Origin: the human T2T-CHM13v2.0 reference genome, Homo sapiens | NCBI RefSeq assembly: GCF_009914755.1 | Contig: NC_060928.1 | DNA length: 64,000 nt | Strand: one strand, 5' to 3' | Program-made: the position numbers and the translations under genes | Notes under the pieces: generated by a model | The model's database searches: none | What the model was told of the DNA's origin: nothing | What the model saw: the letters and a program-made list of their open reading frames with translations, nothing else | In this document: positions 13,311 to 27,675 of the stretch, piece after piece | How the letters are laid out: every line of letters begins with the position of its first letter | Position numbering within the stretch: position 1 is the stretch's first letter

Positions 13311-14189
13311 ATTTTGCCTTGATAATCCACAAAAAAAGGTCTAATAGCCATGAATTTGGATGCCTCAAGTAGTATAGCATAAATTTGTATAAAACAAAAC
13401 TGTTAAGTATATGTGTAAATGGCAGAAAGACAATTATAGTAATAGATCTCAACCTTTGGCAGATCAAACAAAAATAAGGCCATAATTATTTTTAACAGTA
13501 GAATAAATAACATCCAGATGGCAGCTAAAGTCATCTTTCTGTCAAAAATAAAATTGGCAAATGCCCCCATTACTTGTCTGGCAAAGGTTCAATGGCCTCC
13601 CCAAAACTTCTGGGAATCTCCATGTCTTTCATTCTTGAGATTCCCTCCAGCCTTGTCCCTGCCCTCTGAATCTCATTAGTTCTTGCCTCCTGTCTCATTC
13701 CCCTTTATACATTCCGCATAGACCCAGATGCGGGACACAGACCCTTTTCTTCATCTAGCTAACAACAGCTCACAAAGGCCTTTTTTGTTTATAGTCAAGT
13801 TAACTGAAAGTTTGGGGCAGTAGAGTGGGATGACAGCCCTGACAAGCAAACTGCTTATAAGCACACACAGGCAGACTATTTTCAGAAGTCTTTAGGCTTT
13901 GGCTACCACACTGCAACAAATTTCTCCCTCAAATTCCTAGTAAATCTAGCTTCTTGCCTTGTTACCTGCTTCCTGCTTGCCTTAAGAATTCTGTCCTAAC
14001 ATTTCCCTATTTCTCTGTTTTTCAGGTCTACCCCATTCTGCATCATCTCAGAAAATAAATTTTGCTTATTTTTTTAAATATTAGAGATAACTCCAACAGG
14101 TAGCATGGGTGAAACATATTGGGGGGCTACAATATCACCATAATTTCACTCAGACTCCATAGAGTCATGCAAAATAAATATATACTCAA

Positions 14190-14435
14190 TAGTGCACTGC
14201 AGCCAGCTCATAGTTGCTCATAAGAGTGGATTATAATATCTCTTCCCTACTCTCCATGCAGTAACTTCACATCAGTAGGTTGAAATCCTCATATTGAAAG
14301 TATTTACAACATAGAAGCTGGCAAACACTCCGAATATCAGTGATTTTTTGTTTTGGCTAGGTTTGGGATTGAGGTTTTTTTTGCGGTTTTTAGTGAGCTG
14401 TTTGTTTGAGGAGCCTGCTTACCAGCACAACACTG
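14190..14435 (-). mobile_element. MER63-like hAT-Blackjack element
   Basis: atctcttccctactct...gttgaaatc...agtatttacaacatagaagctggcaaacact...ttaccagcacaacactg. Confidence 0.7.
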
Positions 14436-14713
14436 CCTAAATCCTAAGAAAACTGTGTTTAATGTGCAAATGAAGATTCAAGTCTGTTAACTCATGTTCC
14501 TGCCACACGAGCCAGCTAAACCCTCCAAGGCAGTGATAAGAAGAGGGAGAAGACTCTAAGCAAAAGATGACTCCATCACTCGGATCCACAGAGACCACAG
14601 GAACATGACACTCTGCCTATTCTAGTCCATGTAACAACATTGATTAAAACAGTTGAGGCAACACGGATATGAAACTGTATAATTTAGTAACTTAAAATCG
14701 TTAATTACACTGA

Positions 14714-15106
<393 letters not shown>

Positions 15107-15129
15107 TAGGGATCAATATCTCTCACATG

Positions 15130-16240
15130 ATCTAGTGAAAAGCAACCCCCAGCCTGTGCCCATCCCTGCCCATCCCAACCAGCTATATAAGGAGAAGACT
15201 GGAGGGAGAGAGGGAAGAGTTGCTATAGTCACTGGGCTTGTGTGGACTATAGTGTTCATGGAAAAAGGTACTACCCAGCCCTTAAGCCAAGGTGGCAGGA
15301 AGGGATTTCACGATTACTGAATGGGATTTGACAATTACTGAATATAATTTCTTACTGCCTTCAAGATGAGCGACTGCCTTGCATTTGGAGAAAGACTATA
15401 CTATCTATCTGCTAGGACTTGCTGACCATTCCCTATGAATTAAAGAGAGATGATGGCACACTAAGAAAGAGGAAGACAGTGCAGCAGCCAAGTTAACATT
15501 TGCAATGGTAACGGTGTGTGAGTTTCTTATAGGTCCAAGGACACCAGAAAAGGAGCTAGTCTTGAGTCCTTTTTGCCAGTTCCTCATCCTCCAGGCAAAG
15601 GGGCTCCAGCAGGGGGAAGCTGTGGGATCCACCTCTGTGGATAGGAGCTGAGTAGAAGGAATTACAAGTACTTGTGCCAAAGAAGATGCTCCTTGCAACA
15701 AAACTGAGCCATAGGAAATTCTCACAGGACAAGGCAAAAAACTCACATACACCTACCATAAGAACAACTCTTTCAATGCCTGCACACAAAGATGCCATCA
15801 GGAGAAGCCTGTCAAGATTATTAGCAGAAGAGCAACATAAACCTGCATGAGCCAACAAAGGAAGAAGCACAAATACCCCTGGGTAAAGCAGATTGGCACT
15901 CTGGCACTTTCTTTCTTACTGTTGTCCCCAAACACAGAAGTTAGAGTCTGGATGAGGGGTAAAAGTGAGGGAGCACAAGAACAGGCCAAGTTAATCTCCC
16001 CACTCAAAAACCCTTGAAATATGGCATTAAGTCATGACGTGACATGGGAACGCTTTAGAGCAAGAATGAAAGGGGAACTTTAAACTTGATTGCGTTGAGT
16101 TTTTAAATCTAAGAGTGTTCAAAGGTCCTAAATCTGTCTACAAGGTCCTTAAAAGAAAGAAATAGAGGATTTGATAAATATCGAAAGCAGTGATTAGAGA
16201 AACGTAAAAAATTTCATGTTTATATTCCACACAGTTGAGA
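15130..16240 (+). mobile_element. Possible ancient LTR (MamGyp/LTR8x-like), family unassigned
   Basis: Purine- and GC-richer block ending in gaactttaaacttg...agtttttaaatctaagagtg...tttatattccacacagttgag, reminiscent of Gypsy-type mammalian LTR 3' ends. Confidence 0.3.
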
Positions 16241-16598
16241 TCCACTTCTTTAAAAACACAGCTTATTTGGATTTACGCAAAACAGAAACTCAAACAAAAC
16301 TTGCTTCCTTTGTTTCTTTTCTTCTCTCCTCCCAGTTCCCTGTCAGTGCTCCCTCAGGGAAGTCTAATATGACATGGCTCCCTATGGGTTGATACTGGCT
16401 TATGCTGCTCTTCTAGCTAATCCTGACAGTCTGTTGATGGTGACATCTCCTGTGAAAGGCACTGCAAGAGGTAAACTCTTGCCAAGGGTACCTGTTAGTG
16501 CTTCACCCTAGCCTGGGCCTCAGCTCTCTGGCATGGCAGATCAAGCCGGTACTTCCAGATCCTTTCATTGGCATGTCTTTGTATAATGGTCATTGTAG

Positions 16599-16940
16599 TG
16601 TCTTAGTTCATGTGTGCTGCTATAACAAAATACCTAAGACTGGGTAATTTATAAAAAGATAGAAGTGTGCTTCTCAGAGTTTTGGAGGATGTAAGTTCAA
16701 GATCAAGGCACTGACATTTGGAATCTGGGGAAGTACTCCTTGTTGGTCCTCACATGGCCAACAGCAAAAGGGTAAAAAGGGCCAAACTCGCCCCCTTTTA
16801 TAAGAACACCTAATCACATTCACGAGGGCAGAGACCTCATGACTTAATCACCAACCCACAGGTTCCACCTCTTAATACTACCATGGGAATTAAGTTTCAA
16901 CATGAATTTGGGGGAGGACACCATCATTCAAACCGTAGCA
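16599..16940 (-). mobile_element. MLT1A/MST-type MaLR solo LTR
   Basis: tgtcttagttcatgtgtgctgctataacaaaatacctaagactgggtaattt...aagtttcaacatgaatttggggg...attcaaaccgtagca. Confidence 0.9.
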
Positions 16941-17634
16941 TATGGTAAGTGGTTTGGCATCTTAGGCTATTTCTCATGTGTCACTTATGCAATCATTCCT
17001 TGATGATAAATCCAATGTTAGCTGATTTACTTCCAAGTCTGTGCAAAAGATGTTATATACTGTTGCAGTAATGCAAAGAACCAAATATTTGTTTTCTACA
17101 ATAAACACAAGTTGGTACTAACTGGTTTATCTTTTTTCATTCACTTTCCTTGTACTTACAGTCCTGTAGGTTTTTTTTAAACTCAAAAATTGTTTCCCTC
17201 TAATTGCAGGCTACTTATTTTTAAAATATTATTTAAACTTAAATACATATTATTGCAAACTTTACTTTTCATCGTTTTACTTTTCAACAAAGACAAGGTC
17301 TCTAATCTCTCCCTCCACTCAAATTGCCACTCTCAAACCTCACTATGTATTTGCGCAGTATTAGCTCTCTACAAGTCCAAAGCTTGGATTATATGTTTTG
17401 ATAAGCAAATGGCTCAACACTTTGAGTTGAACACAGAAGAACTGATAGAAACTTTGAAAGTTCAGCCTTTCTTCTCTCCCACCTACACCAATCTCTTTTC
17501 CCAATAAAATGAATAACATCATTCTTGCCCTCCCTCAGAAAACTAAAAGAGTTACAATTGTTTTATTTTTTTAAATAAACCCCCCCCTCCAATATAAGTA
17601 GGCATATTGGAGGATGCAAACGAAGAAGTAATAG

Positions 17635-18000
<366 letters not shown>

Positions 18001-18332
18001 TCGTATAGTCATTTTTAAAAAATTTTTTGGATTTGTGTCTTCAGGCCAAATATGTGCTCTTCCTGTTACTTCATTTACACCCCTCTTTATTGAATGACAT
18101 CTGGCTGTTGAGCACTTTCATGTCAATGTCTTGACTTCTGAAGGTGTTTGGATTGACCTGAAACAAATATTGAATGTATAGATGCATATATATCTATGTC
18201 TTCCACTAACAGGAAATATGTCTTCTTTTCAAACAATCATAAAACATTTGTAAATATTGTTTCAAGAATGGACAAACAAATCAACAGAACAATAGAGACC
18301 ATCTTAAGGCCAAAAAACTAAATGAAACCATT

Positions 18333-18600
18333 TTATATATAAATGTGTATATATTTGTATATATGTATATATATAATATAAATATATTTGTATAAAATAT
18401 ATTTATGTTATATATACATATATGCATATATAATATAAATATATATACATTAATAAAATATATAAATAAATACATATTATATATGAATTATATATAATTA
18501 ATATATAATATATTAAATTATAATTAAACTATATTATATATTAATTATATGTAATTTATATAAATAATAATATATAAATAAAATATATATACATATATAC
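18333..18600. repeat. Degenerate (TA)n low-complexity tract
   Basis: About 270 bp of almost only A/T. Confidence 0.9.
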
Positions 18601-18609
18601 ATGAATGAA

Positions 18610-19680
18610 TCATTACAAACTAATGCATGCAGATGAATTATCCAAATGTTCTGAGGAAATTATACTTTTGAGGAACAGATTAAGTTGGGTTGCAATTTTA
18701 TAATGCCATCCATGAAAATAAATTTAATAAAAAAATAAAAGCAGAAAACAAATGTAAATTGGCAACTGTTTAACTGATCTCAGAATTATCAGAATGGATA
18801 AGAGCTTTCTAAACTGGGAAAAAAATGAAATTCCTCATTAGGAAATTCTAAACTTACCTATGTAAAATTTGAAGATCTCTGAAGAGCAAAGCCTCTGCAG
18901 AAAATTGTAAGACAATTCAAACTGAGAATATTATTTATATCCATGCTGACTGATATTTAATAATATTTTCTATATTAAAAACTTACTCAAACTCATAAAG
19001 GAGACACTAAAACTTAGACTGAAAATAGACATGAATACAAAATTCACAGAAGATGGCATATAAATTGTTAATAAGATATGAAATAAAATATTCAAGTTAT
19101 TAATAAATAGAGATACCAGTTAAAACAGACAATACGATGTTTTCTAAGTTGTCCTTTTTTAAAAGATAATATTTAGTGCTGCCATGAGTGTATTGAGAAA
19201 AGTCTCTCACACACACCTGGTGGGAAAGATAAACTGGTATAAACTTTCTGGAAAATAATCAGACAACATGAACAAAAATTAACAAATATATTGCTATTTA
19301 ACCCAAAGGAAATAGGCAGAAATAAGAATAAAGATGTATATTGAAAGAATTTCATAATAGGTTGTAAATAAAAACAAATATTGGATACAACCTAACTTTG
19401 AATAATAGAAAAATAATTAAACAAATAATTTTTGAAGAATTTGCATGTGATTAACACGCAAATGTTTTAATGTAACATTAGGTGGAAAAGTATATGTATT
19501 CATATATTTCAACTCAGACAAATTCTAAACCACATTAAAAAACACAAAGAAAATAAAACAATGTAATTAACTACCTTAATTATATTTAGGTAGTACAATT
19601 ACAAAAGTTGTACTTTCTCCTAAAAATGGCTCAATATTTTCTAAATTTTGTAATGCACATGTATTATTAAAAGTTTTTAA
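18610..19680 (+). mobile_element. Old L1ME-like ORF2 3' end and UTR remnants
   Basis: gacatgaatacaaaattcacagaaga...tggtgggaaagataaactggtataaactttctggaaaata. Confidence 0.6.
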
Positions 19681-19977
19681 AAGTACTCTTTGAGCACTGA
19701 CTATATTTTTTAATAGTTTGGAAATATCTCTTGAAAACACTTAAAATATAGCTTTATATCACAATGAGCCTGGCACTGCTGTCACAGCACAGAGTTCAGA
19801 TCTGAAGTATCTATTGCAAGACTGTTAGAGACAGGCAGAAGGGCAATGAATTTTCCTGCACCTGAGAAGCACACAGTCTAGCAAAGACACAGACAAGGAA
19901 GTCGACTACTAGAATAGAAACTGCTAAATGCTATAACTGAGACACTCAGGTGGAAGCACAGTCAAAAAACAGTTTAA

Positions 19978-20390
19978 TTCAACAGCGAAGACATGGAATC
20001 AACCTAAATGCCCATCAGTGATAAACTGATGTGGTATGTATACACCATGGAATACTATGCAGCCATAAAAAAGAATGAGATCATGTCCTTTGCAGGGCTG
20101 GAGGCTATTATTCTCAGCAAACTAATACAAAAACAAAAACCAAAATTCCACATGTTCTACTTATAAGTGGGACCTAAATGATGAGAACACATGGACACAT
20201 AGAAGGGGACAACACTCACTGGGGTCTATCAGAGGGTGGAGGGTGGGAGCAAGAAGAGGATCAGGAAAAATAACTAATGGGTACTAGGTTGCATACCTGG
20301 GTGATGAAATAATCTGTACAACAAACCACCATGACACAAGTTTACCTATGTAACAAACCTGCACATGTACCCCTGAACTTAATAGAAGTT
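19978..20390 (+). mobile_element. L1PA13-16-like 3' end, 5'-truncated
   Basis: catggaatcaacctaaatgcccatca...gatcaggaaaaataactaatgggtactagg...gcacatgtacccctgaacttaa. Confidence 0.93.
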
Positions 20391-23300
20391 TTTTTTTTAC
20401 ATGAATTCACCCCAGAGGAAGGAGGGTGCATGACTGGAAAAATTTCCGAGGAGAAGTTAACATCTGATCTGACTCGTTCTTCTCTTCTCCCCCCTCACTC
20501 TTTCTTTTCTTCTCAAAGTAGGTTAGAGACAGAGGAGGCACAGTAAAGAGATAGAGCTTTTAAAATAGGGAAACAAAGTCATGTTATGAGGGGTTGTTAA
20601 AATCAGCTGGAGTAGGGATTATTTATTTTTATTATCTCAACTCTGAGAACTCTGAAAATCTAAGGCCCCTTCCTGATACATAGAGGGGGGAAATACCACC
20701 CTGATAGAACTAGAAATGGGAAGTGTTGAGGATTCTGCTGTGTCTCAGGCATGGAATTTAGATCCTGGGGGCGGGATGTAGCAGAGAGAGATTCTTCAAG
20801 AAAAGACAAGCTGCACAGCTGCAAGGAGTGAATTGTGAGACTGACAACTTCCAGAAGTCACTCTTTTCCGGGAGCAGGAGCTAGCCAATGACTGAACAGT
20901 GATTCACAGGGCCGGCTATTTCCACCCAATGTGTACTCCTCTGGAGAGCAGTCATGGCTCCTGACCTCCCTGTTGGGCTCCATCAGATGGCATCGCAATC
21001 TGATGATTTCCCCACCCATTTCTGCGTTCTTCACTCTTGCACTCCTACTCAGTCTCTATATTTGCTTCTCAGAGAACCCAATGATCACAGGCAAGGTAAG
21101 TCCAAAAAGTCCAGAGAAGTGCAGGCAAAGAAGAGAAGAGAAAAGAAACAGAACCAGAGAAAAAAAGAGAAATGTTGGCCTCTCATGAGATGAACTTGGC
21201 CAATAGTAATATAATTTTCTTTCTGGAAATGTTATGTTAGCTGTTGCAGGCTTTACTAAGAAGCACACAAGAGACATGCAGTGAGGTTACAGCACGTATA
21301 GCAATCAGGAGGAATGAGACCTTTAGAGAACTGGCACCACCTGGTTGGTTTGGATGAATAAAAAAAAATGTACATTGGGACACAACAAAAATTTGGCCTG
21401 GAGACTTAGGAGCCAGACCATGGGGAATGCTGTATCCTATGTCAAGTAAATGAGTACATTTCCTTACAACTTTCTTAAATGCCTTCTTTTTGACCTCCAT
21501 TATTACTATAATCCTATGCAAGGACAATGGAATTACATAAAAATCCTCAGTGAAATTTATTAATACAATACTTTCAGTGAATATTGGAAACAAAATCAAA
21601 TATCAGAGAGGAAGCATGCATTTTCCTGCTAGAACATCCACTTATCCTTGTGTCTGGCAGGCTATTAACTCCAATTATAACAAAACAGGTGGCAATTTGA
21701 GCACATATAAGATTTAGTTAAGATATGTGTTTAAAGGTTTTTATCACCAGTGTGCTCTCAGACGATAACAATTTCTCTGTGATGTGGTGTCTCCCAGATC
21801 AAAGTTTCCAGATGTCTTTACAAAACTGTAGGGAACCATCTATCCAGAGAGCTCTTCTTTCCTGTGACATAAGTTTGCCTTTCAGACATGTCACAATCAC
21901 TTAACCATGACTCACAACCACTTTGTGTGGACACCTACATGAAATTGATTGTTGTTTACAAGGCTTTGGAACTAGGCTAGTTCCTCGTGGCCTTTGCTTC
22001 ACTGTTATCTATCACACAATGACAAGACAGTAAGTACATAAATTCATTTTGTTTCAAGTGTTACAAAGAACAAAAGAGGCCAAATAGCCCATAAGGTAGT
22101 CTCCTAAATGGATATTTTCCGGTGATATCCCATGGCCCTCACTGGTTGACACTGCCCTATAAAACATTCCTACAGCAGATGTCTGTGTCTGTGGTAATGA
22201 CCCAGATGGGCTTAGGTTGAGAACTGCTTGAAAGCAGGGGTTTTGTCTTATTATTCTTTGCGTCTGTAGTGCCTAGAGTGACCAGTAGATGGAAATTGTT
22301 GGTTCGCATTTCAGCTTTGCAAATCAGGAATATGTTCTCTAAAAGCTGTGACATTGCTCCAGTGATTGAGCTAGAAATGGAACTAAAACGGAGGGAAAGA
22401 GCTTAGTAAATTTTTTCTTAAACTTTTTTTATTAAAGTCCTTTATGAAGTAAATGGCCCATGAGAATCCATCCTCAGTAACTTTCTCTCATCCAGTCGTA
22501 CGTGGCTGACTTCTGCAAAGCCTGATGTGCCATTGCCTAGCAAGAACTCCACAAAGTATGGGGAGCTACCAGCTGTAAATATACTGCACTTCCCTAGAAT
22601 TAATTTCTATGACACTAATGAAAGTTTTGCAATTGTGCATATTGACTACCAAACAGACTTAAAATGTCAACTTTTTATTTATGTTCTATCAAAGCAATTC
22701 TATAGCATGCTTTTTTGCCTCCATCAGGATTATCATAAATTAAACCAGTATGAATGATGAAAAATAAATTTTAAAAAAGAAAACTGATATGAATAAGCTT
22801 AAACAAAAGTGCCAATAACAAAACAACGAAAAATGTAAATGCCACTTGATTCGCCTTTCCTTCGTGTCCCTGCCCTCTCCTTTTCTTTTCCCCAAAGGGT
22901 TCTATAAACTATACTGAACAGACTAATGCTCTAAGGCCCTGACTCCTGCTCCTCGGGAGCTTGATCATAAATTACGGTTGTACAAATTTGTAAAAGGCTT
23001 CATCTGTAAGCTTAGCTAAAGCACACATGTAAAAAAATTTTTAAATAACAATAATTTTTTAGAAGGAGATATAAACAAATGAAGAACTTAACCATCTAAG
23101 GAAATCACAAAATGAATAGATTGTTCAATATTTTCCTTCACATTCCTTAACAACATTACAGTTGACCAGAAACACGTATGCTATCATTCACCAAAATGCA
23201 GAACGGAAATCTAGTTTAATTTAAAGCAGACAGGTTAAAAGGCAACGCTTTATTGGAGAAATTTTCATGTTAAAATTAATAAGAATTGGATAAAAATTGT

Positions 23301-24286
23301 GAAATAAACTAGCTTGCCTTTGACATCTTCCCCAATTCAAGGAAGAACATTTTCCTACCATTTGTATTTCCTCTTGCCCCTCTCACCGCCTAGATTTATT
23401 TTTTGTTCCCTTAATGAATTATTATGTTTGTATTACTAAAATAATATCTATTTTTAGGCAGCATTTAACCTCAGAAAGTGCTGTGTATCTCTTTATGATA
23501 TCACCTACCAAATATATTGGCATGTTTATATAACTCTCTCTCCAAAATATAAATTCTTCCAGCCAGAAACTTTGAGCCTTCAGTGCCTTCTTAGTAAATG
23601 GCATATATTAGGGACTCAATATTTATTTCTTATTAAAATAAACAAAACATATCCACAAGTTCACCACTCAGAGTTATTTTCTTTTATATTTTTCTATATT
23701 TATTTCCAATGTTTTTATTTTATTGTTTCTGGATCATTTTTTAGGTTGGAAAATAATACAAAAAAATTTTTTTGGATAAGAAAATTCTAACATTCAAAAA
23801 GCCCTTCAGGATCAAACAAATAAATCTTAAGTGGTAGAAATGAAGATGGATGTTCCAGAAAGCCAGAGAACATACCATCATTGCCCACATTATGATACCT
23901 GCTACTCCACTTCTTTGTAATGTTAACCCTCTGCTGTTAAGGAACCAACATTTTTTCTATAAGAGATAAAAGATATACCAATAAAATAAACTCAGGAAGA
24001 ACCATGCAATATTAAATATAAGTTGGAAATTTCAGTGTGAGCTCACCATTTTGTTGTATGGTTTTCTAGCTCTAATTTCTAATGAATATAGAAATGATGA
24101 TATCTCTGTAGCAATGAGCACATCTTGTGCCCAGGTCTTGTATTCTAACCACCATTCTTCACTGAAAGAAACCACAGGAACTTAAAAAAATATTTATTTC
24201 ATGTTTGAGTCTGGGAAAATACAAACTGAATTTGAGAAATCTTGTTGCACTAGAAAAAAATAGAAGTGCTCAAAGACTATTTAGGT

Positions 24287-24875
24287 TGTATTAATGATTT
24301 ATTGCTACATAAGAAATTACTCCCAAACTTAGGGGCTTAAAACAATAAACATTTATTATCTCACAGTTCTGTGGATCAGAAATAGGAGAGTGGCTTAACT
24401 GGCTGGATCCTCTGACTCAGTCTGTAACAAGACTGCAATGAAGTTGTCAGGCAGGCTGCAGCTCTCTGCAGGCTCAACTGAAAGAGGATCTGCTTATAAG
24501 CTCACTCCCGGCTGTGGACAATATTTGCTTCCTCATGGCTGTTGGACTGAAAATTTAAGTTACTAATCAGCTATTGATCAAAGGCCTCTTTTATCTTCCA
24601 GCCACATGGACTTCCTCATAGGGAAGCTTACAATATGGCACCTCACTTTCATTACGGAGAGCAAGCAAGAGAGTAAGAGAAGGTAAGCAAGACAGAAGCC
24701 ACAGGCTTTTTATGACCTAACATCAGACATTACATACTATTCACTTTTGCCCTGTCTTCTTTTGGTAGAAGTGAATCACTAGGTCCAGCCCACCCTCAAG
24801 GAGAGGAATTATGTAAGGTCATGAATACCAAGAAGCAGGGATTATCCAAAACCATTCTAGAGGCTGCCTATCACA
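24287..24875 (-). mobile_element. MLT1F/G-like MaLR solo LTR
   Basis: tgtattaatgatttattgctacataagaaattac...aggtccagcccaccctcaaggagagg...ggctgcctatcaca. Confidence 0.88.
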
Positions 24876-25675
24876 TGGATCATGTCAAAGATCAAAGGAA
24901 CAGCTTGAATGGGCTCCAATTGAGTTGACCATTTAGGGAAATTTGACCATCTATAAGAATAAATATAATAATTTATTATGATATAATAGATTTTAAAAAT
25001 CCATGAGTCCATACTGATTTTTAAAAAGTGGGAAGCAGAGAATTACATTCTTATTTATAAAAGAATTCCAGCTAATAAATGTAGAAGAAATGATAGAATT
25101 AGAGAATCATCATTTTATAACCCCCAAATGTAATAAAGGATTCAGACAAGGATTACTGCAAGGAGTTAAAACCATTAGGTCGAATGTGGTTGTGTAGCAT
25201 GATAGTCATATAGTGCCAAAATATCATCTAACATTGAATATTAATTAACAATAGCAAAAATGTTTTGCCTTTTTCAGTAGCAATTCTGACGATTAGCACT
25301 CAGCCAATCACTAATAGTTGGATAACTTTATATTATATGCTCCCTGATATAATGTAATACAAAGTATACATCATCTGTAAAATCTTTTTGTCACAAATGT
25401 TTAAATTTAATCTTATCAGGTTTTTCAACAAACATTCAATTTACAGGAAATATAGGAGATGGAAGAATAAGTTAAATAATGTCATGAGGAAGTAATCAGA
25501 AAAATCTAGAATATGTGAAATTCTAAGAGAAAATTGTCATAGACTTCAAAATGCTCTGCCATGGAAAAAAAAATTTTTTTAAATGAATGACTGTTCTAGA
25601 TAAGACTAAAGAGCAATGAAAAACAAATGTAATATGTGAGCCCTGATTGGATTGTGCACAAAGTAAAAAAGAAAT

Positions 25676-26104
25676 TGTTTAAGTTTCAGGAGGATGCAAT
25701 TCAAAGACAGCGCAGACACATAGTACTAAGATATAAAATAAGGTTTATTGAGTGAAAGACTTGAAGCAGAGTGCATGCATTCCCCATAACTCTTATAATC
25801 TCACAATTTAGACTGGACATACATGACCTCTGAGTGCCTGGCTAATGTTCCAGTAGAGAGAGTCCCTTTCTCATTGATAAGGTTCTATATATTTATAGGA
25901 TGTAGCCCAGGCAGGGATAATCTATGCAACCATGCAACACTGGAAGCTCATAGGTTGAGAAATGGTCTCAGTAGAAATACGAAACCTCCAGAGTCCAGTG
26001 GCTGGTATTAGCCTCTTATTCCATGGAGCTAACTTAGACTTGCTGAGAAGTGCTCTGTAAAGCTATTGAAAAGAACCCCCAAGACCATCATGGAACTCTT
26101 ATCA
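25676..26104 (-). mobile_element. Solo LTR, family unassigned
   Basis: TG...CA ends. Minus-strand AATAAA (tttatt near 25744) and TATA-like tatatattta (near 25886). Interrupts L1MC sequence. Confidence 0.6.
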
Positions 26105-27499
26105 GGGAAAAATTGGAGAAATTTTAAAATGAACTGGATAGTAAATAAATTGCTGAATGACTGTACATTTCCTTAAGTGTGATAATGATTTTGTGGTTAG
26201 GTATGAAAAAGCCCTTTGTTCTTAGAAAGTACATGATGAAGGATCCAGAAGTCAAGTGTCATGATGTCTGCAACTTATTTTCAAATAGCTTTTTTTTTAA
26301 GTAAATGTGTGCCAAGAGAGACAAAGGAAATTTGGAGTTTTCTTTTAAATAAAACGTTAGGGAGAAATGAGGACTGTCTTGACTCTTCAGTAAAGTAGAA
26401 GTAAATTTACAAACATTATGAAAATATGTTTTCTAGTTCTTCTCTGATTAAAAAACAACATAATGTAGACTGTCTCAGAGGCTAGACTGTTGGCTGCAAA
26501 TAATTGACCTTTGGAAGCCAGATTAAATTATTCAAGACAATTTTGTTCCTAGAACAGTGAAAGGAGGACATGAAAAATAATATGCTCATGGGAAAAATTT
26601 ATCTAGGTCCTTTTGAATCTCTTCTTGTGTCTAATTTAAAATTTATCTTTATACATGGTTGGCATATTGGCTATTTCATTGAGCAGACTGTGACACTGAT
26701 CCAGCCAAATTGGAAACAAAATTTGTTGTCATTTAAAATTATTTCTCTTAACTATAATAATGTGTATTCCTTAATAAAATATCTGTTACTTTCTACTTAT
26801 TGCTAAGCTATCATTTGTTAAAATACAGCTTTTTGTTAAACAACAGTAAGATGCTGACCCAAGAAACACATTAAGGGAATAAAAGAAAAATATTTCATTT
26901 GCTATAGTATTCTGGCCTCCATGAATAGTTCTCCCATACCCGAAATGAAAACAGATTTTATTGTCTTATCTACCTTCTCCACCATGACCTTCTTCTCCCT
27001 ATTGTCCGGTAAATACCTGCTTCAATGGAATATTTGAGCTCTTTAAGAAATAAAAATTACATTTTTCTCTAATTCTTTCTCTGATATTCATGTATGATTT
27101 CCATCACCACTAAATCATAATAGTACCCAACACGGAAACTGGAAGAAGAAGGTTATTAGAATGAAATTTAATTATACACATGAAGCTCAGTAAGGTAGTA
27201 CCAGACACCTGGAAAAGACACCTGCACTTATTTCTTCATGGTGAGAATTTTAATAAACCTAAAAGGCTGAACTCTGGGAAAAGGAAGATAGTTAAACAAT
27301 TAATCTGCACAGCCTTTGAAGAATAGCAGGGCAAGTTTCCCTATGTAAGTTGACACACATAGAAAATTTGGATTTGTTTTAGACTGTTTAACACATCACT
27401 CTAAATTAATACAAAAATATATAAATTAACTATAAAACTTTAAATTAAAAGGCACAAATTAAAAATAATTTTTTCTTAAAATAATAGATGTTGGTGGAA

Positions 27500-27675
27500 C
27501 AGAGACCTATTTTAACTACATCTCCAACACTGCACAAGCTTGTGTATGTTATTTAACATCTGCACTTGAGTTTCCCAATCTGTAAAACGTGTGTGATCTT
27601 CATTGTGTTATTGGGAAGAATAAGTAAATGCATGCATATAAAGTGCTTGGGACGCAGCAAACTTTCAACAAATGC
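27500..27675 (+). mobile_element. MIR SINE
   Basis: gttatttaacatctgcacttgagtttcccaatctgtaaaac...catataaagtgctt. Confidence 0.75.

Larger units (their letters stand above)
24050..26365 (+). mobile_element. L1MC4-like 3' UTR interrupted by two LTR insertions
   Basis: gtagcaatgagcacatc...gaagtgctcaaa | catgtcaaag...aatccatgagtccatactga...ctaataaatgtagaag... | aattggagaaatttta...gtgtcatgatgtctgcaactta. Confidence 0.8.
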
